A model generated the notes under the pieces. It ran no database searches. It worked only from the letters and a program-made list of their open reading frames with translations, and was not told where the DNA came from. From contig JAEZTF010000007.1 in the NCBI GenBank assembly GCA_023443725.1, positions 2,391 through 66,390 of the forward strand: DNA of 64,000 nt, written 5' to 3'. Positions 18,043 through 30,222 of the stretch are shown here, piece after piece. The translations under genes were made by a program, and so were the position numbers. Source of the DNA: Candidatus Parcubacteria bacterium. Lineage in GTDB: Bacteria > Patescibacteriota > Microgenomatia > UBA12405. Position 1 is the first letter of the stretch. Each line of letters begins with the position of its first letter.

Positions 18043-19261
18043 ACCCAGCTTTAATGATTTACTAAAATCTAGCTTTCGATCAATATTGAAAAATAAGAGT
18101 CGAACTATTTTAACTTCTTTAGGAATTATTATTGGAGTAACTTCTGTTATTCTTTTAACTTCGATTGGTAATGGTCTTAAAAAATATATCACCGATCAAT
18201 TTGATTCTCTTGGTGCCAATTCAATTTATGTCTCTCCTGGAAAAGTTTTTAACGACAATGGCGGCTTTGCCCAAGGTGGTATGGCATCTATGATGACTAC
18301 TAGTTTCACCCAAAAGGATTTTTCCTATCTAGAAAGAAAAATAAAAGATGTTGAAATTATCCCTGCTAGTGCCGTTTTCGCCAATATAAGTTCTTCTTTT
18401 AGTACTCAAAAAAATATTGAGATTGACGGGTCAACTGAAAATTTTGGAATTATCAACAATGTTGAGCCGTCTGCTGGTAATGGTCGTTGGTTTACTACAG
18501 AAGAAAATGATAAAAAAACACCAGTAATAGTTTTAGGTTATCAACTAGCTCAAGACTTATTTCCAAAGTCAAGCGCAGTTGGTAAAAAAGTTATTGTTAA
18601 AGGAAAAACTTTAAAAGTTATTGGTGTTAGTGATAAAAAAGGATCTTCTTTTGGTGGCCCAAGTTTTGACAAGCAAGCATATATTCCAATTGAAGTTGCT
18701 TATGATTTATCAGGCAAAACTGATATTCAAAGCATAATTGTAAAAGTTAAAAATAAAGACTCAATTGAATCTACAAAAAAAGAAATTACAAATGTAATGC
18801 TTGAGCGTTATGACGATAAAGATGCTTTTTCTGTTTTCGACAGCTCACAACTTCTTAGTTCAATTAATTCCATTATCAGCATGCTCACTATTGGTCTTAC
18901 CGGAATTGCGGCTATATCTTTAGTTGTCGGTGGAATTGGAATTATGAATATTATGTTAGTGTCAGTCACTGAAAGAACTAGGGAAATTGGTCTTCGAAAA
19001 GCCATTGGCGCTTACCCTCGAGCTATTTTAATTCAATTTTTAATTGAGGCTGTTATTTTATCTTGTATTGGTGGGGCAACTGGGGTCATTTTAGGATACC
19101 TAGGCACCTTAACCATAAAGCCATTCTTTCCAGCTCAAGTTACTATTTCTTCTGTTATTTTAGCTTTTGGAGTTTCTTCAATGGTTGGAATAATTTTTGG
19201 AGTTGCTCCAGCTCGTAAAGCCTCTAAATTATCTCCAATTGAAGCTTTAAGGTACGAATAG
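18035..19261 (+). CDS. ABC transporter permease, FtsX/MacB family
   Basis: N-terminal TM, a large periplasmic domain, then three C-terminal TMs, the typical FtsX-like topology. Confidence 0.85.
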   Translation: MLKPSFNDLLKSSFRSILKNKSRTILTSLGIIIGVTSVILLTSIGNGLKKYITDQFDSLGANSIYVSPGKVFNDNGGFAQGGMASMMTTSFTQKDFSYLERKIKDVEIIPASAVFANISSSFSTQKNIEIDGSTENFGIINNVEPSAGNGRWFTTEENDKKTPVIVLGYQLAQDLFPKSSAVGKKVIVKGKTLKVIGVSDKKGSSFGGPSFDKQAYIPIEVAYDLSGKTDIQSIIVKVKNKDSIESTKKEITNVMLERYDDKDAFSVFDSSQLLSSINSIISMLTIGLTGIAAISLVVGGIGIMNIMLVSVTERTREIGLRKAIGAYPRAILIQFLIEAVILSCIGGATGVILGYLGTLTIKPFFPAQVTISSVILAFGVSSMVGIIFGVAPARKASKLSPIEALRYE

Positions 19262-19278
19262 TCTGATATTATTAATTA

Positions 19279-19842
19279 GTGAAATATAAATTTCTTAATT
19301 ATCTGGTTCCAGCGGTCATTGTATCAATAATAATTTCATTGTTTTGGGTCATTTCTAATGTTAATAATTTACAAATCATATATTTATTTCTCGGACTAAT
19401 TATTGGCATATTCGTTCTTGATGTTGATTACTTAATCTTTTGGTTTTTTATCAAACCAAACAACGAAGAAAGTCGTTTAATTAAATTAGCTTTTGAAAAT
19501 AAACAATTTAAATCTATTATTAAAATAATCCAAAACTCACACCAAAATCACTATAATCTTATTTTTCATCATTATTTTTTTCAGGTTATTTTAACCTTAT
19601 TTTCTTTATTTATTTTTACATCTACCACTAATACTTTTGCTTCAGCACTAACATTTGGTCTTAATCTACATCTTATTATCGACGAAATAATCGGATATAA
19701 AACTGATCCAAAAATAGTTCAAAAATGGCTTTTTGCTCGTGAACCAAAACAACTTCCTGTTGTTTTTTTGAAAAAATATATCACTGTTTTTGTAGTTTTT
19801 AATATTCTATTTACTTATATTTTAATTCAGTCCAAAATATAA
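19279..19842 (+). CDS. Hypothetical polytopic membrane protein
   Basis: Four predicted TM helices. It lies downstream of the ABC permease and upstream of the HEPN-like ORF. Confidence 0.4.
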   Translation: MKYKFLNYLVPAVIVSIIISLFWVISNVNNLQIIYLFLGLIIGIFVLDVDYLIFWFFIKPNNEESRLIKLAFENKQFKSIIKIIQNSHQNHYNLIFHHYFFQVILTLFSLFIFTSTTNTFASALTFGLNLHLIIDEIIGYKTDPKIVQKWLFAREPKQLPVVFLKKYITVFVVFNILFTYILIQSKI

Positions 19843-19845
19843 AAT

Positions 19846-20340
19846 ATGGTTTTTTCTTTTCCAGAAATTTTTAAACAAGCTGATCAATATTTATCTTCTC
19901 ATCAACAAGAGCTCTTAAAAGATACTCAAACTATATTTAATAGATTAGAATTGCGCGATGGCATAAGTGATTATTCTTTTTTAGTTTCTCCAGTAGCTAA
20001 GTTATATGAAGGTTTTTTAAAAGATTTCTTTCTAAAAATAGGTATTATTTCAGAAGTAGAATACGAAAGTGATCGTTTCCGAGTTGGTAAAACATTAAAC
20101 CCTTCACTTCGATATAAACGATTTTCTGTATTTCAAAAATTATCTGATTCTCACGAAAAAGGAGAAGAGCTTGCTGAAACTCTTTGGGACGCTTGGAAAT
20201 TTGGACGAAATGAAATCTTTCATTATTTTCCTGGTAATTACAAAAATTTGACCAAACAAGAAGCCGAAGATAGGATTGCTCTTTTATTAAAAGCTATTAT
20301 TCAAGCTGGCGAGTTTCTCAGTGAAAATAAAACTATTTAA
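19846..20340 (+). CDS. HEPN-like domain protein (putative RNase toxin-like)
   Basis: C-terminal motif GRNEIFHYF fits the HEPN R-x4-H (RN-x3-H) signature, and the protein is helical. This is a single-motif inference. Confidence 0.35.
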   Translation: MVFSFPEIFKQADQYLSSHQQELLKDTQTIFNRLELRDGISDYSFLVSPVAKLYEGFLKDFFLKIGIISEVEYESDRFRVGKTLNPSLRYKRFSVFQKLSDSHEKGEELAETLWDAWKFGRNEIFHYFPGNYKNLTKQEAEDRIALLLKAIIQAGEFLSENKTI

Positions 20341-21259
20341 ATTCTTTTATTACATCGGTACAAGAATTTAATTTCAACTCTTTTTTATATCCACACAAAA
20401 AATCCTTATCACTGCACCCACCACAAATATTTTTTTGATCACAATTAGAACAACCATTTAAAGAATCAACAAAACTTTTAATTAATTTTTCTGGTTTGTC
20501 AGATATTTTTCCAATCGAGTTTGATGATTCACAACAACCATAAATTAATCCATTAGATTGTAAAGAAATTTGGCTACAACCAAAGTTTTTAGGAGGTATA
20601 GTACGATAATTTCGTTTAATATTCAAAATCTGTTCTTTTGTTAAAGATTCCATATTATTTTCTATTGCCAATAAATGATTTTCTGTAAACGGTTTTGATT
20701 TTTGAGTTATAAAATTTATTACTATTTTTTGTCCTGTTAATTTAAATAAATAGTTATTAAAATTTTTCACAAAATCATAAGAATCTGGTGTAACCAAAAA
20801 CATTATTTCCAGATGAAAACCCAATTTTATTCCATGTTTTAAAAACTTTATTGTTCTATTAAAATTTCCCTTACCTCGATTTTTATCATGAATTTTTTCT
20901 GGACCATCTAAAGAAACTAACAATTGACAATTATTTGGGTTCTTAATTTTATCCAAATTATCAATAGTTCCATTGGTAATTATTGAAACAAAAATATTCT
21001 GATCAGATAAACAGTTTATTAAACCTATAAAATCTGGCATTATAAACACTTCACCACCACAAAAAGTAATCGATTTTAAACTTTTATCCAAAGAATTAAG
21101 GTAGGTATTGTATCTTTTTATAAAATCAAGTATTTGTTCATTTGTTAAGATACTTTCAATCTTTTTGGTGTAACAATACTTACAGTTTAAATTACAAATT
21201 TCTAGTGGTGAAATATAAATATTTTCTATAGAAGTAACCATTTTAATCTTATTGATCAA
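20333..21259 (-). CDS. Radical SAM enzyme with a C-terminal SPASM/twitch auxiliary Fe-S domain
   Basis: CNLNCKYC (CxxxCxxC) at residues 22-29. The C-terminus carries about 9 Cys, including CSNCDQKNICGGC and FLCG...C, which is SPASM-like. Confidence 0.8.
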   Translation of the reverse strand: MINKIKMVTSIENIYISPLEICNLNCKYCYTKKIESILTNEQILDFIKRYNTYLNSLDKSLKSITFCGGEVFIMPDFIGLINCLSDQNIFVSIITNGTIDNLDKIKNPNNCQLLVSLDGPEKIHDKNRGKGNFNRTIKFLKHGIKLGFHLEIMFLVTPDSYDFVKNFNNYLFKLTGQKIVINFITQKSKPFTENHLLAIENNMESLTKEQILNIKRNYRTIPPKNFGCSQISLQSNGLIYGCCESSNSIGKISDKPEKLIKSFVDSLNGCSNCDQKNICGGCSDKDFLCGYKKELKLNSCTDVIKEFK

Positions 21260-21289
21260 TAAAGCTACAGATTATACAATATATACAAT

Positions 21290-22309
21290 ATGTTTTCCCA
21301 ATTTAAAGGCCAATTTATAAAAGAATTTGTTGTTCAATATATTCGTGAGTTCTTTATTAGTAAAAATTTTCATGAAATTGAAACTCCAACTCTTCTGCCA
21401 AAAATACCAATAGAACCAAATTTATATCCATTAAAAACTGTCTGGCAAGAAAGAAAAATTGATTTTTATTTACCAACTTCACCAGAAAGTTCACTTAAGA
21501 AAGTTATTACTAAAGGAGTAGGGAATTGTTTTACTATTTCCAAAGTTTTCAGAGATCTGGAAAATATTGGGCCCACCCACAATTTAGAATTCTCTATGCT
21601 TGAATGGTATGAAATGAATAAGACCCATCACGATATTGCCAAGACTACTCAAGAACTAATTTTAAATTGTTATCATTCTGTTCTCAAAAAACAAAACAAA
21701 AAACTGACATCTATTCTTAATTATCAAAATCAAAATATTGATTTATCATCTCCTTGGTATGAGTTCACCTTATCTCAACTTTTTCGGGAATACGCTAATA
21801 TCGATTTATCAAAAAATCTAGACACTAATAGTATTCTTAAAACAGCAAAGAATAAAGGCTATAATATTGACGGTATTAATACATGGGAACCACTTTATAC
21901 TCAAATTTTTATTAATGAAGTTGAATCAAAACTACCATTAGATAAGCCAGTAATAATTTTCGACTACCCAACACAACTTTCACCTCTCTGTAAGAAATGT
22001 CCAGATTCTCCTGGATTTAGTCAAAGATTTGAGTTTTATATTGGAGGTATGGAAATAGGTAACGCTTATACTGAACTTACTGACAGTCAAGAGTTAGAAA
22101 GAAATTTTATTGAAGAAACAAAAAATCGAAAAGAAAATAATCTTCCAGTTCATCCATATGACAAAGAATTTGTTGATGCAGTTGGGAAAATGCCTGAGTG
22201 TGCCGGCATTGGACTTGGTGTCGATCGACTGGCCATGCTTTTCAATAATTCTCAAAATATTGAAGATGTTCTTTATTTTTCAACATCTCAACTCATAAAG
22301 TCCGAATAA
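21290..22309 (+). CDS. epmA: EF-P--(R)-beta-lysine ligase EpmA (PoxA/GenX; class II LysRS catalytic-core paralog)
   Basis: Strong pattern matches to E. coli EpmA: TSPE, FRDLE, HNLEFSMLEWY, RFEFYIGGMEIGNAYTELTD and GIGLGVDRLAML. At 339 aa it lacks an anticodon-binding domain. Confidence 0.8.
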   Translation: MFSQFKGQFIKEFVVQYIREFFISKNFHEIETPTLLPKIPIEPNLYPLKTVWQERKIDFYLPTSPESSLKKVITKGVGNCFTISKVFRDLENIGPTHNLEFSMLEWYEMNKTHHDIAKTTQELILNCYHSVLKKQNKKLTSILNYQNQNIDLSSPWYEFTLSQLFREYANIDLSKNLDTNSILKTAKNKGYNIDGINTWEPLYTQIFINEVESKLPLDKPVIIFDYPTQLSPLCKKCPDSPGFSQRFEFYIGGMEIGNAYTELTDSQELERNFIEETKNRKENNLPVHPYDKEFVDAVGKMPECAGIGLGVDRLAMLFNNSQNIEDVLYFSTSQLIKSE

Positions 22310-22348
22310 ACCATTTGACATGAATTTCAAATCGGGTAATATATAGTC

Positions 22349-22546
22349 ATGTCTAAAAAAGTAATTCTCGATCAAAACAAATGTATTGGATGTAATACAT
22401 GTCCACTTTTAAACCCTGATGTTTTTGAAATGGACACCACTATTTATAAAGCTAAAGTTAAAGCTCAACCAGCTGAAATTGATCAAGCCACTCAAACAGC
22501 TATTGATTCATGTCCAGTTGGAGCTATATCAATACTAGAAGAATAA
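22349..22546 (+). CDS. Small ferredoxin (single [4Fe-4S]/[3Fe-4S] type)
   Basis: CIGCNTCP ... CPVG in 65 aa. Confidence 0.75.
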   Translation: MSKKVILDQNKCIGCNTCPLLNPDVFEMDTTIYKAKVKAQPAEIDQATQTAIDSCPVGAISILEE

Positions 22547-22565
22547 TTATTAATTAATCAAACAA

Positions 22566-23603
22566 ATGAAAAAAATTGTTAAAAAGAAAATTAAACTTCC
22601 AGAAGTTAAATTACCTCAAATTGATACTTCAAAAAGTGTCCAGATTCCATTAGTTGGAGTTATCGTTTTTTGTTTACTATTAGCTGCTTCTTCATTTTTT
22701 GCAGGTATTTCTTGGATAAAAATAAAGGGCAGTACCACTAGCGCTACTAATGCAAAGAACGTATTTGCAGCAGTTAAAAATAGTAAACCAGAATTTAATT
22801 TCTTTGTTATGAGTTTTTGTCCATATGGTAATCAAATTGAAACAGTCATAAAACCAATTGCTGATTTATTAAAAAATAATGCTGATATCCATCCTCGCTA
22901 TATTTTTGAAAAAATAGCAGATTTAGAAGGTTATTGTAAACAGACCAGTGGTGATGTTAATCAATGTGCCGCTTATGTCAAATCTGGCTATTTTGCTACC
23001 GAATCAGAATGTCAAAAAACCGTTAATGAATACAGTAAATCGTGTCTTGATGAAAAGAATTATCTAAAAATAGGTAATGTTTTTTATTCATCACTTCACG
23101 GCAGGATAGAAGCTAATCAAAATGTTAGAGAAATTTGTGCTTTTAACATGAATGAAGATAAAACCAATTGGTGGAATTTTGTCTCCAATGTTAATACTAA
23201 TTGTACTTCCGAAAATGCCGATACCTGTTGGGAAGAGCAAGCCAAAAAAGCTGGTTTCGACACTAATAAAATTACCGAATGTTTTAATACCCAAGCTAGT
23301 GATTTAATTGAAAAAGAAATTGCCTTGACCACTCAATACAAAGTAACCGGCTCTCCAACACTTATTATCAATGGTGTCAATTTTCCACCTGAAACCGCCT
23401 ATACTGAATCTGGCGATGGTACTTTAAAAGTTGGTGATAAAGTTATTAAACAAGCCGATTTCAGGACTTCTAACGCTGTAAAAGAAGCTGTTTGTGCTTC
23501 ATTCAAAAAAGCACCTAAAGAATGTAAAACTGAGCTAAAGGAAACTACAGCTAATGCTAGTGCAAACACTGCCACTGCTAATGCAGGTGGTAGTTGCAAC
23601 TAA
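22566..23603 (+). CDS. Membrane-anchored, Cys-rich secreted protein with a thioredoxin-like (DsbA-like) segment and a degenerate CPYG site
   Basis: Signal anchor, then FFVMSFCPYGNQ in a DsbA-like context where the second Cys is replaced by Gly. About 14 Cys in total and an Ala/Thr/Asn-rich C-terminus. Confidence 0.45.
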   Translation: MKKIVKKKIKLPEVKLPQIDTSKSVQIPLVGVIVFCLLLAASSFFAGISWIKIKGSTTSATNAKNVFAAVKNSKPEFNFFVMSFCPYGNQIETVIKPIADLLKNNADIHPRYIFEKIADLEGYCKQTSGDVNQCAAYVKSGYFATESECQKTVNEYSKSCLDEKNYLKIGNVFYSSLHGRIEANQNVREICAFNMNEDKTNWWNFVSNVNTNCTSENADTCWEEQAKKAGFDTNKITECFNTQASDLIEKEIALTTQYKVTGSPTLIINGVNFPPETAYTESGDGTLKVGDKVIKQADFRTSNAVKEAVCASFKKAPKECKTELKETTANASANTATANAGGSCN

Positions 23604-23624
23604 AAAAATATTCAATCAAAATTT

Positions 23625-23660
23625 CCCCTCTCCGATAGTCGTCGGAGAGGGTTTTTGTTG
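23625..23660 (+). terminator. Rho-independent terminator
   Basis: CCCCTCTCCGA-TAGTCG-TCGGAGAGGGG followed by TTTTTGTTG. Confidence 0.6.
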
Positions 23661-23727
23661 ATAAAATATCATCAATGAAACTTAACTCACATCAAAGAAA
23701 AAATTTATTTTTATTTTATTATTAACC

Positions 23728-24264
23728 ATGAAACTTAATTCTCATCAAATCAGACAGAGTAGGGAAGTGGATGCCAAAAAAATGCAAACAAATATTAAAC
23801 GTAACCCTATTGTTTTAGTCCTTGATAATGTTTTAGACACTTACAATATTGGTTCTTTTTTTAGACTTGCTGATGCTATTGCTGCTGAAAAAATCTGTCT
23901 TTGTGGACCAGTTGTTACTCCTCCCAATATTAAAATTCATCGAGCTTCAATCGGTACTTGGAAATGGATCCCCTGGGAACATTTTGAAAATACCATTGAT
24001 TGTATAAATCAACTCAAAAAGGATGGCTATCAAATAGTTGCCTGTGAACAGGATAAAACTAGTGTTGATTACAAATCAGCTAAATATAAATTTCCTGTCG
24101 CCATTATTGCTGGTAGTGAAAGTTATGGTGTTTCACCAGAAATTTTAGCCAAAACCGATAAAATAATTGAAATTCCTATGTATGGTATTAATGTTTCTCT
24201 TAATGTTTTAGTCGCTACCTCAATTATTAGCTACGACGTCATCTCAAAAATACCCTTAAAATAG
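23728..24264 (+). CDS. SpoU/TrmH-family RNA 2'-O-methyltransferase
   Basis: SPOUT motifs: NIGSFFRLADAIAA, IIAGSESYGVS and NVSLNVLVATSI. Confidence 0.8.
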   Translation: MKLNSHQIRQSREVDAKKMQTNIKRNPIVLVLDNVLDTYNIGSFFRLADAIAAEKICLCGPVVTPPNIKIHRASIGTWKWIPWEHFENTIDCINQLKKDGYQIVACEQDKTSVDYKSAKYKFPVAIIAGSESYGVSPEILAKTDKIIEIPMYGINVSLNVLVATSIISYDVISKIPLK

Positions 24265-24346
24265 GCCAAAAAAAAGTCAAAAATTTTGTCATTTTTATCA
24301 CTTTTTCTTATATTTATTTAACGTATCTTTCCAATAAATTTGCTTA

Positions 24347-24375
24347 TTGTAAAGCTATTTTACCTCTGTTAGAAT
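24347..24375 (+). promoter_or_regulatory. Candidate sigma70-type promoter for gyrBA (TTGTAA-17 nt-TAGAAT)
   Basis: Hexamers read from the sequence with 17-nt spacing, about 70 nt upstream of the gyrB ATG. Confidence 0.3.
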
Positions 24376-24435
24376 GAAAATGTTCCTAAAACAGGTACAA
24401 AATTTATTTTTTAGTAATATTTAAAAAAGATTTAG

Positions 24436-26388
<1,953 letters not shown>

Positions 26389-26392
26389 TAAT

Positions 26393-29065
26393 ATGACTGA
26401 AGAAAAAAATACCATTGTTAATGATGTTATAAGAACCAATAATAATATTGGCAAGATTCTAGAAGTTGATATTGTTCCAGAAATGGAAACATCATATTTA
26501 GACTATGCCATGTCAGTCATTGTTTCCAGAGCCTTACCTGATGTCAGAGATGGTTTAAAACCAGTTCATCGCCGTATCATTTATGCCATGAATCAACTTG
26601 GCCTTTCAGTTACTGGAAAGAATGTAAAATCTGCCGCTGTTGTCGGTGATGTTATGAAATCTTATCATCCACATGGTGACAGTTCTATCTACGGTGCTTT
26701 AGTTCGTATGGCTCAGGATTTTTCCATGCGTTATCTTTTAGTCCAAGGACAGGGAAATTTTGGTTCTATTGACGGAGACCCTCCAGCTGCTATGCGTTAT
26801 ACCGAAGTTCGTATGGCCAAAATGACTCCTGAAATGGTAGCTGATATTAACAAAGACACAATAGAAATGGTGGACAACTACGATGCTTCTACTAAGGAAC
26901 CATCAGTTTTACCTGTTAGAATTCCTAATCTCTTACTAAATGGTGCTGATGGTATTGCTGTCGGTATGGCCACTCGTATTCCACCACACAATTTAAAAGA
27001 ATTATGTGCTGCAATTGATATCATTCTCGATAAAGGTAATTTAGAAAAAGTTGAAGCAGAAATTGAGTTAAATAATATTCTCACCCCACCAAAAAACACT
27101 CAAGAAATGGTTCTTAGACCAGTTTTTGAATTAGAAAAACAGAAATATAACTTTGAAACTAATGCTACCATTGAAGATTTAGTCAAAGTTGTTCAAGGAC
27201 CAGACTTCCCAACATTTGGAGAAATTTACGGCAAAACTGGTATTTTAGAAATGTATAATACTGGTCGAGGAAAATTTTCTGTTCGAGGTAAAACTAATAT
27301 TGAAGAAACGAAGTCAGGAAAAATTAGAATTATTATTACTGAAATACCTTATCAAGTTAATAAAGCTGAATTTGTCAAAAAAATTGCTGACCTTGTTCGA
27401 GATAAAAAAATTATTGGTATTTCGGATCTTCGCGACGAATCTGATCGTCATGGTATTCGAGTTGTAGTTGAAATTAAAAAGAACGGTAAACCAAAATCTA
27501 TTCTTAATAAACTTTTCAAATATACTGCTCTCCAATCATCATATTCAGCCAATATGTTGGCCTTAGTTGATGGTGTTCCTCAAACTCTAAATTTACGCCA
27601 AATGCTACTTCTTTTCATCCGTCACCGCGAATCTATAATTCGTCGTCGTAGTCTCTTTGATCTAAAAGGCGCCATGATGAGAGCTCATATTTTAGAAGGA
27701 CTTAAAAAAGCATTAGATGTCATTGATGAAGTTATCAAAACCATTAGAACTACCAAACCAGACGAAGATGCTAAAACTCGTCTTATGGAAAAATTTGAAT
27801 TTACCGATCTTCAAGCTCAGGCTATTCTAGAAATGCAACTTAAAAAACTTTCTGGTCTTGAACGTCAAAAACTTGATGAAGAATATTCTCAAGTAGAACA
27901 AACCATCAATTATTTAACTTCCATTATTACTAAATCAGATGTCATGATTAATGTCTTAAAATCTGAAAATAAAGAAATTACCGAAAAATATGGAGATAAT
28001 CGTCGAACTAAAATTTATACTAGGGGATTAGAAGATTTTAGTGAAGAAGATCTCATACCTAATGAAAACGTTCTTATAACTATAACCAAAACTGGTTATA
28101 TTAAACGAGTTCCCAAAGAAACTTATCATTCTCAAAAACGAGGAGGAATTGGCGTCGTTGGTATGACTACCAAATTAGAAGATGAAATTGAATGTATGCT
28201 TTCAGCTGATACTCATGATGATCTTCTTTTCTTTACCAATCGAGGTCGTGTTTTTAAAACCAAAGTTTGGGATATTCAAGAAGGAACTCGTCAGGCCAAA
28301 GGTCAAGCTGTGGTTAATTTAATCAATATTCTTCAAGGAGAAACTGTTCACACTGTCTTAACTGTTAGTAAAGATAGTCAATCAAAATATATTCTTTTAG
28401 CCACCAAAAAAGGTGTTATTAAAAAAACTTCAATTGATAAATTTAAAAATATTCGTCAAACCGGATTAGCCGCCATTAAATTAGATAACAACGATCAATT
28501 AGCCTGGGCTAAATTAACTGATGGTTCTAATCAAATCTTTTTAGTTACTAAAAACGGTAAATGTATTCGATTTAACGAATCAGATACTCGACCAATGGGT
28601 CGACACACTCGAGGTGTTAGAGGAATTCTTTTAAAAGAAAATGACTATTTAGTTAGTCTTGGTATTGTCCCTCAGACTATTGAACAAAAAAGTAAACAAG
28701 ATAAATCATTCCGTCATTTATTGGTAGTTACCGAAAATGGAGTAGGTAAGAGAACTGATGTTTATCAGTACCCTCTTCAAAAACGTGGTGGTATTGGTGT
28801 TAAGGTTGCTAATTTAACCCCAAAAACCGGCAACATTGCTTCTGCTCAAGTTGTTTCTGAAGAAGATGATCAAGTAGTTTTAATCTCTAAAAAAGCCGTT
28901 ACTATAAAGTTGCCTCTTAAAAATATTCCTACTTTAAATCGAAACACAAAAGGAGTTATTCTCATGAGATTCAAGAATGATGAAGATAAACTTAACGCCA
29001 TGACAATTCTCAAAAAAAACGATGAAGATAATTCTTTAGAAGAATCTGTAAAAGAGAAAAAATAA
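26393..29065 (+). CDS. gyrA: DNA gyrase subunit A
   Basis: Active-site region [10 protein letters not shown], the GyrA-box-like beta-pinwheel C-terminal domain and the QRGGIGV motif. 890 aa. Confidence 0.95.
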   Translation: MTEEKNTIVNDVIRTNNNIGKILEVDIVPEMETSYLDYAMSVIVSRALPDVRDGLKPVHRRIIYAMNQLGLSVTGKNVKSAAVVGDVMKSYHPHGDSSIYGALVRMAQDFSMRYLLVQGQGNFGSIDGDPPAAMRYTEVRMAKMTPEMVADINKDTIEMVDNYDASTKEPSVLPVRIPNLLLNGADGIAVGMATRIPPHNLKELCAAIDIILDKGNLEKVEAEIELNNILTPPKNTQEMVLRPVFELEKQKYNFETNATIEDLVKVVQGPDFPTFGEIYGKTGILEMYNTGRGKFSVRGKTNIEETKSGKIRIIITEIPYQVNKAEFVKKIADLVRDKKIIGISDLRDESDRHGIRVVVEIKKNGKPKSILNKLFKYTALQSSYSANMLALVDGVPQTLNLRQMLLLFIRHRESIIRRRSLFDLKGAMMRAHILEGLKKALDVIDEVIKTIRTTKPDEDAKTRLMEKFEFTDLQAQAILEMQLKKLSGLERQKLDEEYSQVEQTINYLTSIITKSDVMINVLKSENKEITEKYGDNRRTKIYTRGLEDFSEEDLIPNENVLITITKTGYIKRVPKETYHSQKRGGIGVVGMTTKLEDEIECMLSADTHDDLLFFTNRGRVFKTKVWDIQEGTRQAKGQAVVNLINILQGETVHTVLTVSKDSQSKYILLATKKGVIKKTSIDKFKNIRQTGLAAIKLDNNDQLAWAKLTDGSNQIFLVTKNGKCIRFNESDTRPMGRHTRGVRGILLKENDYLVSLGIVPQTIEQKSKQDKSFRHLLVVTENGVGKRTDVYQYPLQKRGGIGVKVANLTPKTGNIASAQVVSEEDDQVVLISKKAVTIKLPLKNIPTLNRNTKGVILMRFKNDEDKLNAMTILKKNDEDNSLEESVKEKK

Positions 29066-29289
29066 ATTTAAGATATTTTTATAGTGATTAAGCGTAAACT
29101 TGCGACATTATAGGAGATACATCAACGATAAGTATAAATTAGCAGTCAGAAAACAAGCTTGCTAAGGAACTATAAAATATTAGTTTATCCCTAAATTAGG
29201 GTAAAAAAGACTTGTCAAGTTGGGTAGAGAATAGGGTATTATTACTTTCTAGAAAAACTGAGAAAATTTGGCCTACTATAGGTCATAAA

Positions 29290-30222
29290 CTATTGTTTGT
29301 TTCCACTATGAAATTTTTCATGAATTTCTCTTAATCTAGCATCAGTTACATGCGTATATATTTGAGTTGTGGCAATATTTTTGTGACCTAAAATTTCTTG
29401 GACTGATCGAAGATCAGCTCCACTTCGGAGTAGGTCAGTAGCCATTGAATGTCTTAATGTATGAGGAGTTGCCATCACTGGTAAATTAGCTTGTCTTACA
29501 TATTTTTTTACCAATCTTTGAACAGATCTCGAAGTCAACCTAACTTTTTCATCTTCTAAAGCAATTTCTTTTGGTCTTAAATCTCTAATAAATAAAGGTT
29601 TATATTGATCCACCCTAGATTTTATATATTTATCTATCCATTCGGCAGCTTGTTTAGAAATAAATACGACTCTTGATCTACCTCCTTTTCCTATAACCCC
29701 AAATTCACGAGTTCTTAAATTTATCTGTTCCCTATTAAGGGAGACTAGTTCAGACACCCGCAAACCAGTCGAAAATAATAATTCCAAAATCGACCTATCT
29801 CTCAATCCATTTTTTTCAGAATTAAGTGGTTGATTTAACAATCTATGCATTTGCATTTCATCTAAAAACTTAAGAGAATGATCTTTCACTTTTGGCACAT
29901 CTAATTTTTCCGGCTGCATCACTTCCATATCATTTTTTATTAACCATTTTAAAAACGATCTTAAAGCAATTACATAATATCCTTGAGTTACCAATTTCAT
30001 TTCTCCATTAACTCCCAAACACCTTGAAAGATACAATCTAAATTTTCTTACTGTTTCAGAATTAATATCATCAATTGTTGGTTTTTTGTTTCCTTCAGAT
30101 AAAAAGTTTATTAAAACATTTAAATAATGTTCATAATTTCTAACCGTTAATCTAGAACAATTTTTTTCAATTTCCAAATGTTCTAGGAATCTTCTTGTCA
30201 AAACGACTAAATCTTTTTCCAT
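29290..30222 (-). CDS. Tyrosine recombinase, XerC/XerD family
   Basis: C-terminal catalytic motifs HTLRHSMATDLL...GHKNIATTQIYTHV (R-H-R-Y) and the N-terminal core-binding domain. 310 aa. Confidence 0.85.
   Translation of the reverse strand: MEKDLVVLTRRFLEHLEIEKNCSRLTVRNYEHYLNVLINFLSEGNKKPTIDDINSETVRKFRLYLSRCLGVNGEMKLVTQGYYVIALRSFLKWLIKNDMEVMQPEKLDVPKVKDHSLKFLDEMQMHRLLNQPLNSEKNGLRDRSILELLFSTGLRVSELVSLNREQINLRTREFGVIGKGGRSRVVFISKQAAEWIDKYIKSRVDQYKPLFIRDLRPKEIALEDEKVRLTSRSVQRLVKKYVRQANLPVMATPHTLRHSMATDLLRSGADLRSVQEILGHKNIATTQIYTHVTDARLREIHEKFHSGNKQ

Noticed and set aside
20333-21259. Radical SAM gene as EpmB/KamA lysine 2,3-aminomutase
   Set aside because: The CxxxCxxC motif lies at residues 22-29 and the C-terminus is a Cys-rich SPASM-like domain. 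KamA/EpmB have the cluster near residue 120-130, a PLP-binding region and no SPASM. Therefore it is not called EpmB.
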